Made by a program: the position numbers and the translations under genes. From the human T2T-CHM13v2.0 reference genome, Homo sapiens, in assembly GCF_009914755.1 (NCBI RefSeq), contig NC_060931.1: a stretch of 64,000 bases of DNA. One strand, given 5' to 3'. The first letter of the stretch is position 1; every line of letters begins with the position of its first letter. The notes below the pieces were generated by a model. That model saw nothing but the letters and a program-made list of their open reading frames with translations. It was not told where the DNA came from and made no database searches. Below, in pieces: positions 42,494 to 57,445 of this stretch.

Positions 42494-43743
42494 TAGCAGG
42501 AAGGTGTGAAGCTACTTACTATGAATTTCCTTTTCTTAAGAAGCATAATAAAATACGTCCTGTTCTGTGATGTTTCTACATTTCTTGAATTATCTAAACT
42601 AGTGGCTCTCAAATAATGTTCAGCAGAACCCTGAAGATGTCCAAGACCCTTTCTTTAATGGGTACAAAATGTCAAAAATATTTTTATATAATATCAACCT
42701 GTTATTTGCCTTTTCGCTGTGTTGATATTTGCACTGCCAATGCAGACACAATGGTGGATAAAACTGTTGGAACCTTAGCACGAATTAATGCAGTGACATC
42801 AAACTGTGCAAGCAGTCTTGAGTTCTTCCCCACCATGCACTCAGTATTTTCTTTTAAAGGCAGTTTCAACTTAAGAATGACCATGATGGTGCGGGAAACA
42901 TTAATTCTTATTAAATCTCAACTTTGAGGATCTGTCTTTTTAATATCCTGAGTAATAAAATGGGAAGTATGCATAAAGCATTTCTGCAGCATACTGAAAT
43001 ATGATGGTTGCTTCAAGAAAAACACTTGTACAATTCTTTGAATTGTGAGCTGAACTAGATACTTTTTAATGTAATATGATTTTACTGAAAAGAAAAACTT
43101 ATAAACATAATTTTTTGGACTTAGGCATTTGACAGATATTTTCTCAAAAAAAGAAGAAAGAAGTGAGCCTATTACTTCAAGGAAACAGCTGACAGTATTT
43201 GTTGCCAATGGTGAAATTAAAGCTTTTAAGTAAAAACTAGAATTTTAGAAACTTGTGTTCACCATCTTAAGCTTCATAGCTTCCCAATATAGAAAAGCTT
43301 TTTTAAAACATTGATGTTGATATCAACAAATGTATTTTTAAATTATTTAATGAAATGTGTCAACATTTGATGGAACTGCATAACTTGTATTTTCCAAATG
43401 ATCAGTTCGTGGAATTACAAAATCATGTATGGGTAAAAAGATCAATTCAAAGTGCAAGGTAGGTCAGTAGATTTAATGTACTATAGTATGAAAAAGTCAT
43501 TAATATGATTACAGAAACTTACCATTTAGTGAGTTTTGATCTAGAACAAAAGAAAATATCTACACTTATCTGAAAAGACTATTAAAAGATTCCCTTTCCA
43601 ACCATATATCTGTGTGAAGCTAGATTTTCTTCATATACTTCAACCAAAACAACACATTGTTACAGATGGAATGCAGAAGCAGATATCTAATTATCTTGTA
43701 AAGACACTAAAGAGATTAGAAAAAAATGTAAAACAGAGATACT

Positions 43744-44083
<340 letters not shown>

Positions 44084-44144
44084 TTAGGAAAAATAGTTAT
44101 TTTTCATAAAAATGTGTTATTTATGTTAACAGGTAATGGGTTTA

Positions 44145-44460
44145 TTGTTTTATTTTATTTTATTTTATTTTATTTTTTAGGGACAGGGTCTTGCTCTGTT
44201 GCCCAGGTTGGAGTACAGTGGTACTATCATAGCCCACTGCAGGCTAGAACCCCTAGGCTCAAGTGATCCTCCAACCTCAGCTTCCTGAGTAGCTGGGACT
44301 ACAGGGGCATGCCACCATGCCTGGCAAATGTTTTAAATTTTTTGTAGAGATAATATCTCTCTTTGTTGCCCAGGCTAGTCTAGAAATCCTGGCTTCGAGC
44401 AGTCTTTCTGCTGCAGCCTCCCGAAGTGCTGGATTACAGGCGTTGAGTCACCATGACCAA
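44145..44460 (-). mobile_element. AluJ-like
   Basis: Antisense dimer with (TTTTA)n tail. Confidence 0.9.
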
Positions 44461-44604
44461 CTCATTATTTTTGAATTACCTAATATTTAAGTTTCCAGTT
44501 TTGACTTGTGATACAGTAAATTTGGTAGATATAGCCTACATAAAACTTCCTTGGGGTCCTCAGTAATTTTTAGGATTATAAAATGTCTGAACTATTAAGT
44601 CAAA

Positions 44605-44792
44605 TGGATCGAACATCCCAAAACTGAAAATGTGAAATCTCAAATGATCTCAAAACTAAAACTTTTTGAGCATCACCATGATGTTCAAAGAAAATGCTAA
44701 ATGGACCATTTAATGCAAATATTCCAAAATCAGAAAATACTCAAAATCTGAAATACTCTTGTCCCAAGCATTTTGGAAAAGGTATACTCAAC
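44605..44792. mobile_element. Tigger4a/MER46-like element
   Basis: gaaatctcaaatg...tttttgagc...ttgtcccaagcattttggaaaaggtatactcaac. Confidence 0.7.
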
Positions 44793-45728
44793 AGAAGGTT
44801 GAGTATACCTAACTAACTCAACTAACTCACTCAACTCAGGTATCAAATAACTAACTCAACTCAGGTATCAGCTTTAATGTAGTAGTTGTATTTATTTTTA
44901 TTGAATTGTCAGAGTAGCTTTATTATTTTGACATTTAGAAATTACAGAATGAAACATTAAGTAGAAAATAAAGATTGAAAATTGATATTTACAGTTTTAA
45001 GATGAAGACATAATTCATTATTTCACGATTATAGAATTATAAATTATGTGTCTATGTAATAACCGAAAGTATAACAATTATCTTTCCAAATTATAATTTC
45101 CAAGTTTTTTGTTCTTGCATCCTTTTTATTTAGGATTTTTTTTTTCTTTTGGAAAATTTTTGTTCAGCAAAACTGATGAAGATATGTTCAAATTAAATAT
45201 TTTGTAAGCACGAACTGAGTATATGTTTTAAAAACCAAAATCTATAATGTTTAAATGTAGTGACATAATTAGAAACACAGGTAAAACATTTTTAGCTCCT
45301 TAATATGAAAGTACACTTTTGGATACAGTTAATAGCTATGATTTTTGTCACCTTTTTGAGACTATAACTATAAAGTTCACTTGTTAAAGCCACTGCTCCC
45401 TCCTGCCAATCTTCAACCAAGGGGTTGTAGCAACAAGGAACTTCCTGCTTCAATATCTTTCAACTCTCTCAGGTTGGATCAGTTTTCTTCTCTGTCTCAC
45501 GTATTTAAGCCAGTAAATTTCTTCATTTGTAAATTAATTATAGATTTTCTTTTTTTAATTAAATTTTTCCCTCAGATATTTAAATCCTATTGTTATTACA
45601 TATTAACAGATGTCTTTTTTGTCCCAACTATTGTCCTTTGACCTCTGTTTCCTCAAACTACTGAATTTTTAATTCATTTACTTACTTTTTAATTTTTGAA
45701 CTATAGATTTTTAAAATATGCAGTGTGA

Positions 45729-46103
<375 letters not shown>

Positions 46104-47025
46104 TCAGTTTTCCTTTTATGTTTTCTTTATGGCTTAAGAATTATATCTACATTTCTTTTGGCTAAGGTTTAGGCTAAGGTTAAAGATTAGCTGTAATTTG
46201 AATGAATCAAATCTATAAAAAGTATTCTAGATGCTACATAAACATTCTCATTTTCAAATCAAAAGTAGGAGAGAGGAACATAACAGTGTATTCTAAACCC
46301 TTTCAATAGAGGGGAGGATATATTTATAAAACTAGCATATCCCAAAATACAAAAAGTAATTAAGAAGTTAACAAAGTTTAGAAATGTAGCATTTGGACCT
46401 GGGTGGACCAAAGAAACCCAAACCCTAGCTGACCAACTCTCTTAACAAGGCTCTTGGAACTAATCCCTGCACAGCAATATGTTATCTAGCAGAGAGTTAA
46501 TATTTATTCTGTGAAGTACTGGTATTGAGAATCAAAACACCACAGAACAATCATGTTCCAAATCCTGCATTTATATCTTTGTTTTGCTCAGGCCTCAAAC
46601 AGATTCCATTTAGTGGGGAAAGAGAATTATTTGAGTTGCCTAGTTATGCTGGGAAGAGTCTGTGGAGAAAGATTACCTCTCTTTATTCATTGCAATGAAA
46701 AGAGCAGTTTACTTAATCTACTCAGTAAGTCACATCTCACGTCTCTGGATTGAAGGATTAAACAAATGCCTCAGATGGTAGGTTTATTGAGGCTTACAGC
46801 TGCAATCTTGAATGACTACTAGCATAGTGTCATTTTGCCTTGACACATGTGAAAAGATATTTCAGACCAGAAGCACTAAATTTGCCTGGTGAACAGTATA
46901 CAGTATACAAGTACACTTGTATCACAATTATATCACAATTATCTGTCCTGATACCACTTAGATTCATATTGTAGAAGCTTGTCACCATGGACAATCTCAT
47001 ACTTTTGTCTAGGTTAAGATCAATG

Positions 47026-47352
<327 letters not shown>

Positions 47353-48329
47353 CTAACCATTCCCTTTCTCTGCTGTCTGTGACTAGTTTAGCCATAAGAC
47401 TTAAACATAGCCTAACAATAGAATAAAATATTTGAGTTGAGGATCATGTTTGTAATCTTTGTGTCTTCAGTACTTTTGCAGCTATTATTTCTGTCATATG
47501 CAGGTGTTATGGAACATGAGACTTTTATTACATAAATTACTTAGGTTTCACACTAGAATCAGCACTCTTAGAAAAATGACTTTATCTCAGCAGGCACTGA
47601 CTTATCTCATTCTTTTCTGAACTCACCCATCTTCCGCATCTGCTCTTGGGTCATATGCTCTTATAAACATATTATATGATCCCTGAAAAAAACCACTCCC
47701 AATTGAATCTTTAGTTACCACTGTTACTAACCTTGCAGATATTTACATTGGGTTTTCATGATATTCCAACTGATTTCAAGTTCAAGAAATCCCTTCTCCT
47801 TCTTGCTTTTTCATTTTCTTGGCCCCAAAATATGAGCTTTGTATTGTTCCTGAGTTCTTCCTGTCTTCTTGTATATTTTGTGAGGGATTGTCCCCCCATT
47901 TTCTTTGTTTTTAATAGCAGTTCTTGTTTTTAGCTAGATTTGGCTTTCTTAGGTTTCTGGTTGCTTATCCTGTACATTCCTTCATTGTTTAATTAGACCA
48001 GTTTCAGAATATGCTAGTTACATCAGCCATCCACATATCCATGCATCTTTCCATCCAATAAATTTGCTGTGCAAATACTGACCAGGCTAAGCAAGCTGAA
48101 GAATACAAGATATGGCCATGATTAAAAGTCAGATATTATTCTCAGTGCAGTGGGGGAGCTACTTGAGAGTTTTTTTTTTAAGTGATAGAATACTGTAATC
48201 TGATTTCCATTTTATAAGATCAGCTTGGTGCTGTAGGGATAATAAATTGAAGGGAGGAGTAGAAGCAGAGAATTTATTGAGAAGGGTGTAATTGGAATCT
48301 AAAACAGAGTCGATCCCAAAGGTAAGAAA

Positions 48330-50400
48330 ACAATCAGGTTCCAGTGATAACAGAATATCTTGTATCAGAGGGACCTACTGCTGAGAACAACTATAAAAGT
48401 TGAATAAAATATGTGAAGTAACAAATTTAAGATATAAGGGAGCAACCAAGGCATGAGAACTTGAGTGGCCACAGTCCTGGAGAGATGGATATTACACGAG
48501 CTGAGCCGCACATCCATCTTTGCTTTAGCCTAAAGTTGTTTGTCTATTCACATCCTAGGTATAGAGACTAAGCAGAAAGTTGTGGAGGTGGAGATTTTTA
48601 TTTCCTTGGGCAGACAAACAGAAGTTGGAGCTTGGAACTGCCACTGAACAACAGACAAATGTGCCTGGAGTTGTGCATGCAGTTTTCCTATGGGGTTGTT
48701 GCCAACTCTAAGTCATCTGTAGCTCAAAGCAAAGTCCCATAAACAAAGCTGAAAGCAGCAGGGAAGAGGTAAAACTGCTGATTGATGATTTCACAGTCTA
48801 GTTCTGGAGAGATAGAGGTTAGAGTTCAAGGGCAAGCAAGGTGAAGGGGAACTGTAAACACTCCAGGTTTTTACTTGAGACCCCTGAAAGACAATATCTT
48901 TGGAGTAAGGGAAATTCAGAAGATTAATACAAAAAAAGGCCTAAAAGTAGTCCCCTAAATTGTGAGGTGATTTTCTAGTACTCTGACTGACTGCCAAAAG
49001 AAAAATCTACTCTGGAGAAAGGTAGCCTCAGAGTTGCTATAAATTTTCATACAGAATGTCTAGTATACAGTAAAAAATCATCAGGCACATCAAGAAACAA
49101 GATTGAATGACTGAAATCAAGAAAAATGAAAAAGACAATTGAAACAAACCTATGGGTGATAGAGACTTTGGACTTTTAAGCAATTATAATAGGTTCAAGA
49201 AAATGGAAATAAATATGAATATTACTAGACAACTGAAATACATAAAATTACTAGATTATTGGAATATGTTAAAATTCAAAGGCCGGGTGTGATGGCCTTT
49301 AATCCCAGCACTTTGGGAGACCAAGGTGAGCAGATCACTTGAGCTCAGGATTTCAAGACCATTCTGGGCAACATGGCGAAACCCAGTCTCCACAAAAAAT
49401 ACAAAAATTAGCCAGGTGTGGTGGCACGCACCTGTAGCCCCAGCTACTCAGGAGGCTGAGGTGGGAGGGTCACTTGAGCTTGTGAGGCAGAGGTTGCAGT
49501 GAGCTTAGATCGCACCACTGCACTCCAGCCTGGGTGATAGAGCAAGACCCTGTCATAAAATAAAATAAAATAAATAAATAAAATAAAATAAAATAAATAC
49601 TGCAAAATATACATTCTTATCATACACCCAGTGGAGTTATATTAAATTGACCATTTTCTGAGCCATAGTTTATCTCAGTGAATTGCAGAGGATTGAAATT
49701 GTGTAAAGTATGTTCTCTAACCACAGTGGAATTAAGCTAGAATCAAAAATATGGAAAAATGACTAGAAAATGTTTATATGAGTGAAACTGAGGAGAACTT
49801 CTAAATAACCCATGGATGAAAAAATAAATCACAATTGAAATTGAAAAATATTTGGAAAGTACTGATAATGAAAATATAACATATAAAAACTTGTGCTTAG
49901 AGGAATAGGCTTAAATAGGCTTTTGTGTATTTTAAAAAAGAATAGAGGCTGGAAATTGGTTACCAAAACTTTCATCTCAAGAAGCTATGAAAAAAGAAAT
50001 ACATTAAAGTCAAAGTAGAAGGAAAGAAATAACAGTAAAAATTCAATAAAATTGAAACAAATATATAAGAAAATCAACCAAACTAAAAGTGTTTTTAAAA
50101 AGATTAATGCAGTTGATAAGCTTCTAGCAAGACTATTCAAGAAGATCAAAAGATAATATAAATTACCGATATGAGGAATGAAGAAGAGGCCAAGTGTGTA
50201 TATCTCACAGACATTAAAAATCCTAAAAGAGGATATTATGAATAACTTCACATCTATTATATAAATTTGAAAATTTAGAAGAAATGGGAAATTTCTTTTA
50301 AAAAATTACTCACCAAAACTAACACGAAAAGGATGGAAATATCTGGATATGTGATATTTTTGCTAAAGAAATGTAATCTATAGTTAAAAATCATCCCATT
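48330..50400 (+). mobile_element. Degenerate L1M/L1ME fragments
   Basis: 5'-end-like and ORF2 endonuclease/linker motifs (ctaaccacagtggaattaagctagaatc). Confidence 0.6.
49281..49598 (+). mobile_element. Alu (J or old S) with (TAAAA)n tail
   Basis: Full dimer. Confidence 0.92.
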
Positions 50401-52452
50401 GCAAGCCCATTTTTAAATTGTTTTCTTCTTATGGGTTTTTAAGAGTTAATTGTATTTTATGGATAAGAGTTGTCTGTCAGATATTTATAATTTAATTTTA
50501 ATTTTCCCACTCTGTGCTTTTTTTTCTTTTTTTAAACTCTCTTAAATGCTGACAGCTCATTCCCTGAAACAGGAAAGAAGGTGGAGTGTATAGGTATTAA
50601 CATAATTAGGCTGGTCAGTTTGGTGGTGGTAAAATGAATTTCTTCTCTTCTAATTGTGTCTGTTTTTCATTTGTGCATAAAGTAGGGATAGTATTGTAAC
50701 CTAACTCACACAATTATTGGGAGGATTACTTATCTTCTTAATGTATATAAAGCTCTAAAACAGGGCTTAGCACATATTAATTACATTTTTAAATCTTGAT
50801 TACTTTTACTTATTTTTTCATAAACCTTCATTTTATGGATCACCCTTATCAACTGAAAACATCTAAATTCCTTAATCTAGTTTTTAAGTTGTTCTACTTC
50901 TTGGCCCAAACAATCTTTATAAGTCTGTTTGTCTTCTGTTCTATTAAAAGTTCCTTTGTTAAAGAAAAGAAACCATTAAAATTAGCACAACTTATCCTTA
51001 TAATATAACAGGATTCCATACACATTCAAATACAGGAAACTAAATGCAGCCCAGTTTTGTATGGATTGAAATTAATAAATCAGGAAGCAAGATTTTCCCT
51101 ACATTTCTTATCTAGTAACAGCATAGTCTCCTGTGCTGAATTGTCTCTGGAGAGCAACTTTCTTGACTTCATTGGTGAAATTGTAGCCTTTTGATTCAAG
51201 ACACCGCTACTAGTTTCTGTGTCTTTTAGATGAAATTTCAAGAGAGAATTTTGAGACTACTGGCCAGCCAGTAGCTTGCCTCTTCCTTCCTCTGTTCCAA
51301 TCAGCTACAGCTAACTGCAGGTTCCCCTAGGCTTACTCAGAAGGAACAATGGACTGAGCACAGGGCAAGCTAAAAGGGATGTTGAGCTTGGTAGGTAAAT
51401 TGACTCGCATGCTAACCATACCCTTATCATTCATTTTCTTCCCAGTAGTACTGCTGCTTCTAGCCTGACAGGTTTTAACTACTGCCTATATTGACTCCTT
51501 TGTGACCTTTCCTATCCCATAGTTTGGTGAATTCACTAGACTTGCAGACATTTCTAGAGTATGTTTTTTCCCTTTCTGGTAGTTGACAATCATATATATT
51601 GATTAGTGTCACCTTTATACTGCCATTGCAGTGTTTCAATTTTCTATGTATTTAGTCTTCATGAAGTTTTTTAGAGATTTGTGAAAGAGTTGAGTGAAAA
51701 TGAAAATAATTGATTTATGAAGTTCTTACTACAAATATGATCTCTTATATTCTTTAGTTCTAAATAGAAAGTCCGTAAGAAAATTAATTACTTTTAGTAA
51801 GAATTGTCTGTTTCTGTGATTCTGTGCTAGAATATGCTGGCTTCTGTTTTTTGTTGTTGTTGTTTGTTTTTCTAGTTTAAATATTTGGTAATAGCTTTTA
51901 GAATTCTCTGGGGACACCCAAATTCAATAGCTCATGATTTGGATTCATTATATATAATGAAATTTGGATTTTATTACTAGTTGTATAAAACCTCCCACTG
52001 AAAGGATAGGATTGAAAATTTTCTTAAATAAGTGATGTTAGACTGATTATTTTCATTAATGAGAGAGAACTCTGTTTTTCATGATTTATGAGAGGGCTCA
52101 TTTTAATTAGTTTGTTGATTTGCGGTATTGAAGTAGAGAGTTATATCTTATATAATTACATCATGTAATTCAAAAGAAGTCTCTAACCCAAGTAACTCAG
52201 TATTAACGTTCTGTCCCTTCAGAGGATAGAAAGTTAGTTTGACATGCTGTACCCTACATATTCAGAGAAACAAAATATATACTCTAGATAATCAAAATTT
52301 ACCTATTTTTATCTACTTAAACATTTTTCTTAGTCGTTATCAAATGTATATTTTGAATGGCTGTTCTTTACATATTAAAATATTTTTGATGGCACAGTGG
52401 CAAAATATTTTTTTAATTTTTTTTATATTTGATTCTTTCTTCTTCCTTTTAG

Positions 52453-52572
<120 letters not shown>

Positions 52573-52927
52573 TGAAAGAATCACCTGAAGACTCAGAAAT
52601 CAGAATAGGATGAAGAATCAATTTCTAAAATCCTCAACTGTTTTATTTCCTCCTTTTGTTACTACTCAGATAAATCCACTGTCTTCTTAGGAAAATGTAA
52701 TTTGTCAACTAAACATACATCTACCTTTCTGTAAAAAGATACACATTACGCCTGGAATATCCTTTTTCTAAATCATTTCTGATTCATACTCTTTCAACTC
52801 TTGAAGCTTCATTCTCCCCATAGACTATTCCCTGATGGATTTGAATTTAAGTATGAAATTTCAATAGCATCTTTTTTCTTTTCACCTCAGTATTTCCTTA
52901 TTTTTTTGCTTGTAAAGAATATACATT

Positions 52928-53225
<298 letters not shown>

Positions 53226-53519
53226 TAAAATTAATAATTTACTTATTTAATTCATATGTATAATTAGTTATTGCTTATCTTTTTAGAACAATCTAAACCA
53301 TTGTTTTTCTTGGATTGTATAAAGATGACATCCTGTGCCATGTGAAAAATAGGACTTTGTTGATTTTTTATGATGGTAGAAAAGGGTACATATTAGGACA
53401 ACAGTCATTCCTAATTAGCACTCATCTGCTGATCTTTATTTGTAAAGCCACTTTTCTTCAAATCAAAAGTATTTGTAAATGAAAAGATTTAATAATTTTA
53501 ATAACTTAGACATAAACTG

Positions 53520-53710
53520 TTTAATGTAGCCACTAACACATGCCATGTATAAATTTAAATTAATTAATATTACATAAAATTGCAAATTTAGTTTCTCAAG
53601 TGCTGTATCACATTTCAGATGTCCCATTGCCACATGTAGCTAATGGTAACCCAATTGGACAGATTTAGAGTGTTTTCCTCATCACAGAAGGTTCTATTGG
53701 TCGGAGCTGC
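53520..53710. mobile_element. MER3/MER33-like hAT element
   Basis: gtagccactaacacatg...gccacatgtagcta...gaaggttctattggtcggagctg. Confidence 0.65.
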
Positions 53711-55043
53711 CTGAGATATTTCTAAACTACCGTTCTTTTTTCTACCTCATTAATCATATTTCTGAAAGAAAAGAAAATAATTACAACTATAAACTAGTTT
53801 TGATAGAAAAAAATAAGCACAAAGAAATCATATCTCTGAGATCTTAACTTCCATATCCTAATACAGGGTTTGACATTCTGGATTTTGAGAAAATCTGGGC
53901 ATTTATTATGACACATTCTTTCAACTAACTAGCTGGTACTAATTAAGTATCTTTATTTAGTTGCCTCTATCTTTATTGGTAATATAATAGTAAACTTTTA
54001 ATTTTGAGATACAAAGAAAATAATTGTCATGATTGTAAGTTTGACCAGGATAGAAAGACTTTTGGCTGAAAGAAATATTTGCATAAAGTAAATCTGATAT
54101 ATACTTATTTAACTTCTTTTCAAGCAACATGACACTCGAGATATTTCTAAAGATAAACAGTGAGATGATGATAAAACCTTAGACATTTGAAATGAACTTT
54201 ATAAAATGAAACATTTATCATTACTAAGTTTCATTATGAAACTTGATAAGCATTGAGGATACTAAGGCTTTGAAAATGAAAACAAAGAATCGTATCAGAA
54301 TCGAGTAGCTCAAATCTAAAAATCCTACATTAATTAAATCAAAATCAAGTTTGCATAGTAATCATTTCCTATGCAAGTAGAATATTGAATCAAAGTTATG
54401 ATAGTCTTTTCCAAATAGAAATTAAATAATTAATAATCTCTCTAAATTGTTAGTCTTGTTTCTTAGTTTAAATGATTGGGTGGGGTAGAAATAATTCTTC
54501 AATAGATTATTTTTAGAACAAGTAGTTTAAATATTTAAAGGAAATGCTTTCTGCCTTGTTCTTAAGTGTTAACCATGCTTTTTCATAGAAAGGAAATGAT
54601 TCAGCTCTAAAAAAGTACATGAAGTAAAAATATTCCTGTAACCATACATAAACATACAGTCTTCAAACAGAAACATGGCTTGGCGTACAATGTCATATAT
54701 ATGTATCTGATACATAGATATATGCACACATACATATAATATTTACACATACACATTTATCGAATAATAGGATTTAAATGTGAATATAATGGCTTTGGAA
54801 CTCTTAAGAAAGGAAGTAAGTAGGGAGTTATTTCAAAGTTTTTATCTTAGAAGTTAACTAAAAAATGCGGCAAAAAAATCTTATTTTTCTCCCCCTATTT
54901 ACACTAATTTTTTTTACTGAGATGAAACCAAAGAAATTCTTAATTCTAATTAAATTTGATTGCAAACTTCTAGTCAAGACAAATATATTCATAAGATTAG
55001 ATTTGTAAAATACAAACAATTAGAAAGAGTATTTGTACCTTAC

Positions 55044-55206
55044 CTTTTATCTGGTTGCTTCCTGAAGTGAGTACTCCTAGGAGAATGAGAAATGATCTCT
55101 AATCTTTAGGAATCTGGAGAATATCTGAATAAAGTAGATTTCTTCATGTTCTACTCTTCACAGGTAAAGAGTAATGATAGCCTTTAAAATGGTAATACAA
55201 GTGTTT
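55044..55206 (-). other. ABCB1: ABCB1 (MDR1/P-glycoprotein) non-coding upstream first exon (exon -1, distal-promoter transcript)
   Basis: Reverse complement reads ...TATTCAGATATTCTCCAGATTCCTAAAGATTAGAGATCATTTCTCATTCTCCTAGGAGTACTCACTTCAGGAAGCAACCAGATAAAAG|GTAAGG, matching the recalled 5' end of MDR1 cDNA, followed by a strong donor. The 5' start is approximate (55131-55206 or further). Confidence 0.9.
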
Positions 55207-56040
55207 ATCCCAGTACCAGAGGAGGAGCTACATGAACTAAGGCAGGCAGGCTTGAAAGCACTAATCAGTGAAAACCCAAGGATAAGTTTGGGTGGAGGAA
55301 GGGTGGGAGTAGAGATAAAATAAATTTTGAGTACATGACTATGGCTCCAAAGCATTGAAGAAATATGTGTGATCTTTTTGCTAAGGTGTAGGACGTCTTA
55401 ATGAGCAGTTGAAAAAACAAACAAAAACCTCGAAGAGTTACATGGCTTAGGGATTGGGGTATAATTGAAAAATAGCCAGAGTTGAGAAGTTTAGCCAGAA
55501 TAGGCAGAATGAAGATTAGAATCTAAGCTAAAAAAAAAAAAAAAAAAGAGAGAGACTTCTTTTGGTAGGTTACTGGGAAGACCTTCAAATGAGAAGTGAA
55601 GTAAAAATTGAATTAATTTGTTCAAATTTTTAATTTCTCTTTATCCACTGGCTAAAAAATAATTAGTAAATTTCAATTTAAAATACCATATGATATTTCA
55701 AACAAAATTGAAAATGTAACAAGAATTTGAAGTAATAAGTATGGAAAATATAAAGATAAATTAGCTTTATGGAAATTCATTTGTTTACTTTGCAATTATA
55801 TCAGTATTTAATTTATAATGAAAAAGTTGTGTTCCAAAGAAATGTTAATTTTCACAATGTTTTAGCACAAATTGAAGGAAGGAGTAAAGTATAAAATAAA
55901 ACTTTGTAAATGACTGAGCTGTCACAGAGAGAAAAAATGAGTTGACAAATACTTTTCTCAATTACAGAAAAGTAGACAGAATAGTGATAAGTAACCAAAA
56001 TCTTTTAAGAGTTAAGAATGCATTTTGGAATCTGTGTATG
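55207..56040 (-). promoter_or_regulatory. ABCB1: ABCB1 upstream (distal) promoter region, CpG-poor
   Basis: Inferred from position between the upstream exon and the solo LTR; no CpG island; no specific elements verified. Confidence 0.55.
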
Positions 56041-56943
56041 TATTGTGGGATCTGGCCAGCAGCCTGCAATGCAACGGGGCTCTCTCTTTGTTCTTAGGCG
56101 GATCGGCAGGTTGAGAAATAATAGACACACACAAGATAGTGAAAGCTGGGTCCAGGGGGGTCACTACCTTCTGGTCCCACGGTGCCAACAATGCACTGGA
56201 TATACCAGCATTTATTATTAAGTTTAGTGAGGGCAGGGGTAGGTTAGTGAGGGATTTAGGGTCATTTGATTATGAGGTGAGATGGTCACATGGGGATGAA
56301 GTAATTCTTTAACATAACATTTGTATATAGAAGTACAGTACATTTGTATGGAGAAGTACAGTATACAGAGATAAGAATTTACAATATAGTGTGTGTGTTA
56401 GTAATTTCTAACAGAGCCTTAAAACAGAAACACAATCTTTCCATAACCTATGATTAGCAAGATATTAATCAGCAGTAACAGTTGCAACAAAAGCTGGTTA
56501 CAAACAATCCATGGAAATAGGACGTGAAGATAGACAACTGGTTAGACGAGAAATTCTCAGAAAGGAGTATGCCTTAACCCTAAAGAGGTGTAGAAGAGCC
56601 ATGGCAAGATGAGGACGTTTATAGCCCTATCTTATCCATATGGACAGGCACCCCCCCGCCCCATGCATCCGTTTATAGGCTCTCCACAAGGGTCGCATTC
56701 CATTCCTAGAGCTATGAACATCTGCTTTTCTGGGATAGGAATCTTGGTGATGTGAAACCTCCCTGACCGCACGTCCATTCATAGGCTCTCTGCAGGGGGA
56801 AGCACGTCACGCGCTGTTGGCTCATTCTGGCAGTCCAACCTGGCATTGTCTTTACACAATACTGCATGCAATTTTGTATTTACAATAATTAGGAGCATTT
56901 CATCTTTTATTCTGTAGCAATAGTTTCAGGGGGTCTCCCTACA
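56041..56943 (-). mobile_element. HERV-K-class solo LTR, MER11D-like (~900 bp)
   Basis: Minus strand begins TGTAGGGAGACCCCCTGAAACTATTGC; TATAAA at 56623-56618 and 56677-56672, AATAAA at 56216-56211; closely resembles recalled MER11D consensus; no clean TSD seen. Confidence 0.8.
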
Positions 56944-57060
56944 TCTTTCTCTATTCCTTTCACTGTGAGCAAAAAGTTTGACTTAAGTAAAAGGCAGCAA
57001 ATTCAATGCAATAACTCCAGTGAAGCCACAGGTAGTGTGAAATGCTATAAAGGATGAGGG

Positions 57061-57445
57061 AAATATAAATATTATATATATAATATTATAAATATATAAT
57101 ATTTAATATATAAGGACTTTATATATATAATTATATTATATATAATTAATTTATAATAATTATATATAATTAATTTATAATAATTATATATAATTAATTT
57201 ATAATAATTATATATAATTAATTTATAATAATTATATATAATTAATTTATAATAATTATATAATCAATATAATATAATATATTTAATATTTAATATAATA
57301 TATTTAATATATAATTATATTAATATAATATATAATTATATTATATTAATTTATATTAATATATAAATAATACATATAATTATATTATATATAATTAATT
57401 ATATATATAACATTTAATATATAATATATTAATATAATATATTAA
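57061..57445. repeat. AT-rich low-complexity island containing a 24-bp x5 minisatellite (57135-57254)
   Basis: Unit ATTATATATAATTAATTTATAATA repeated five times exactly. Confidence 0.95.

Noticed and set aside
51337-51464. Possible minus-strand ABCB1 cryptic exon (CCTGTCAG|...TGA|GTAAGC)
   Set aside because: Very poor pyrimidine tract and weak exonic donor positions; not supportable from sequence alone.
56030-56950. Target-site duplication for the solo LTR
   Set aside because: The flanks (tgtatg / tctttc) do not match, so no TSD is claimed.
57135-57254. CRISPR-like array
   Set aside because: Head-to-tail repeats with no spacers in eukaryotic DNA; it is a minisatellite.
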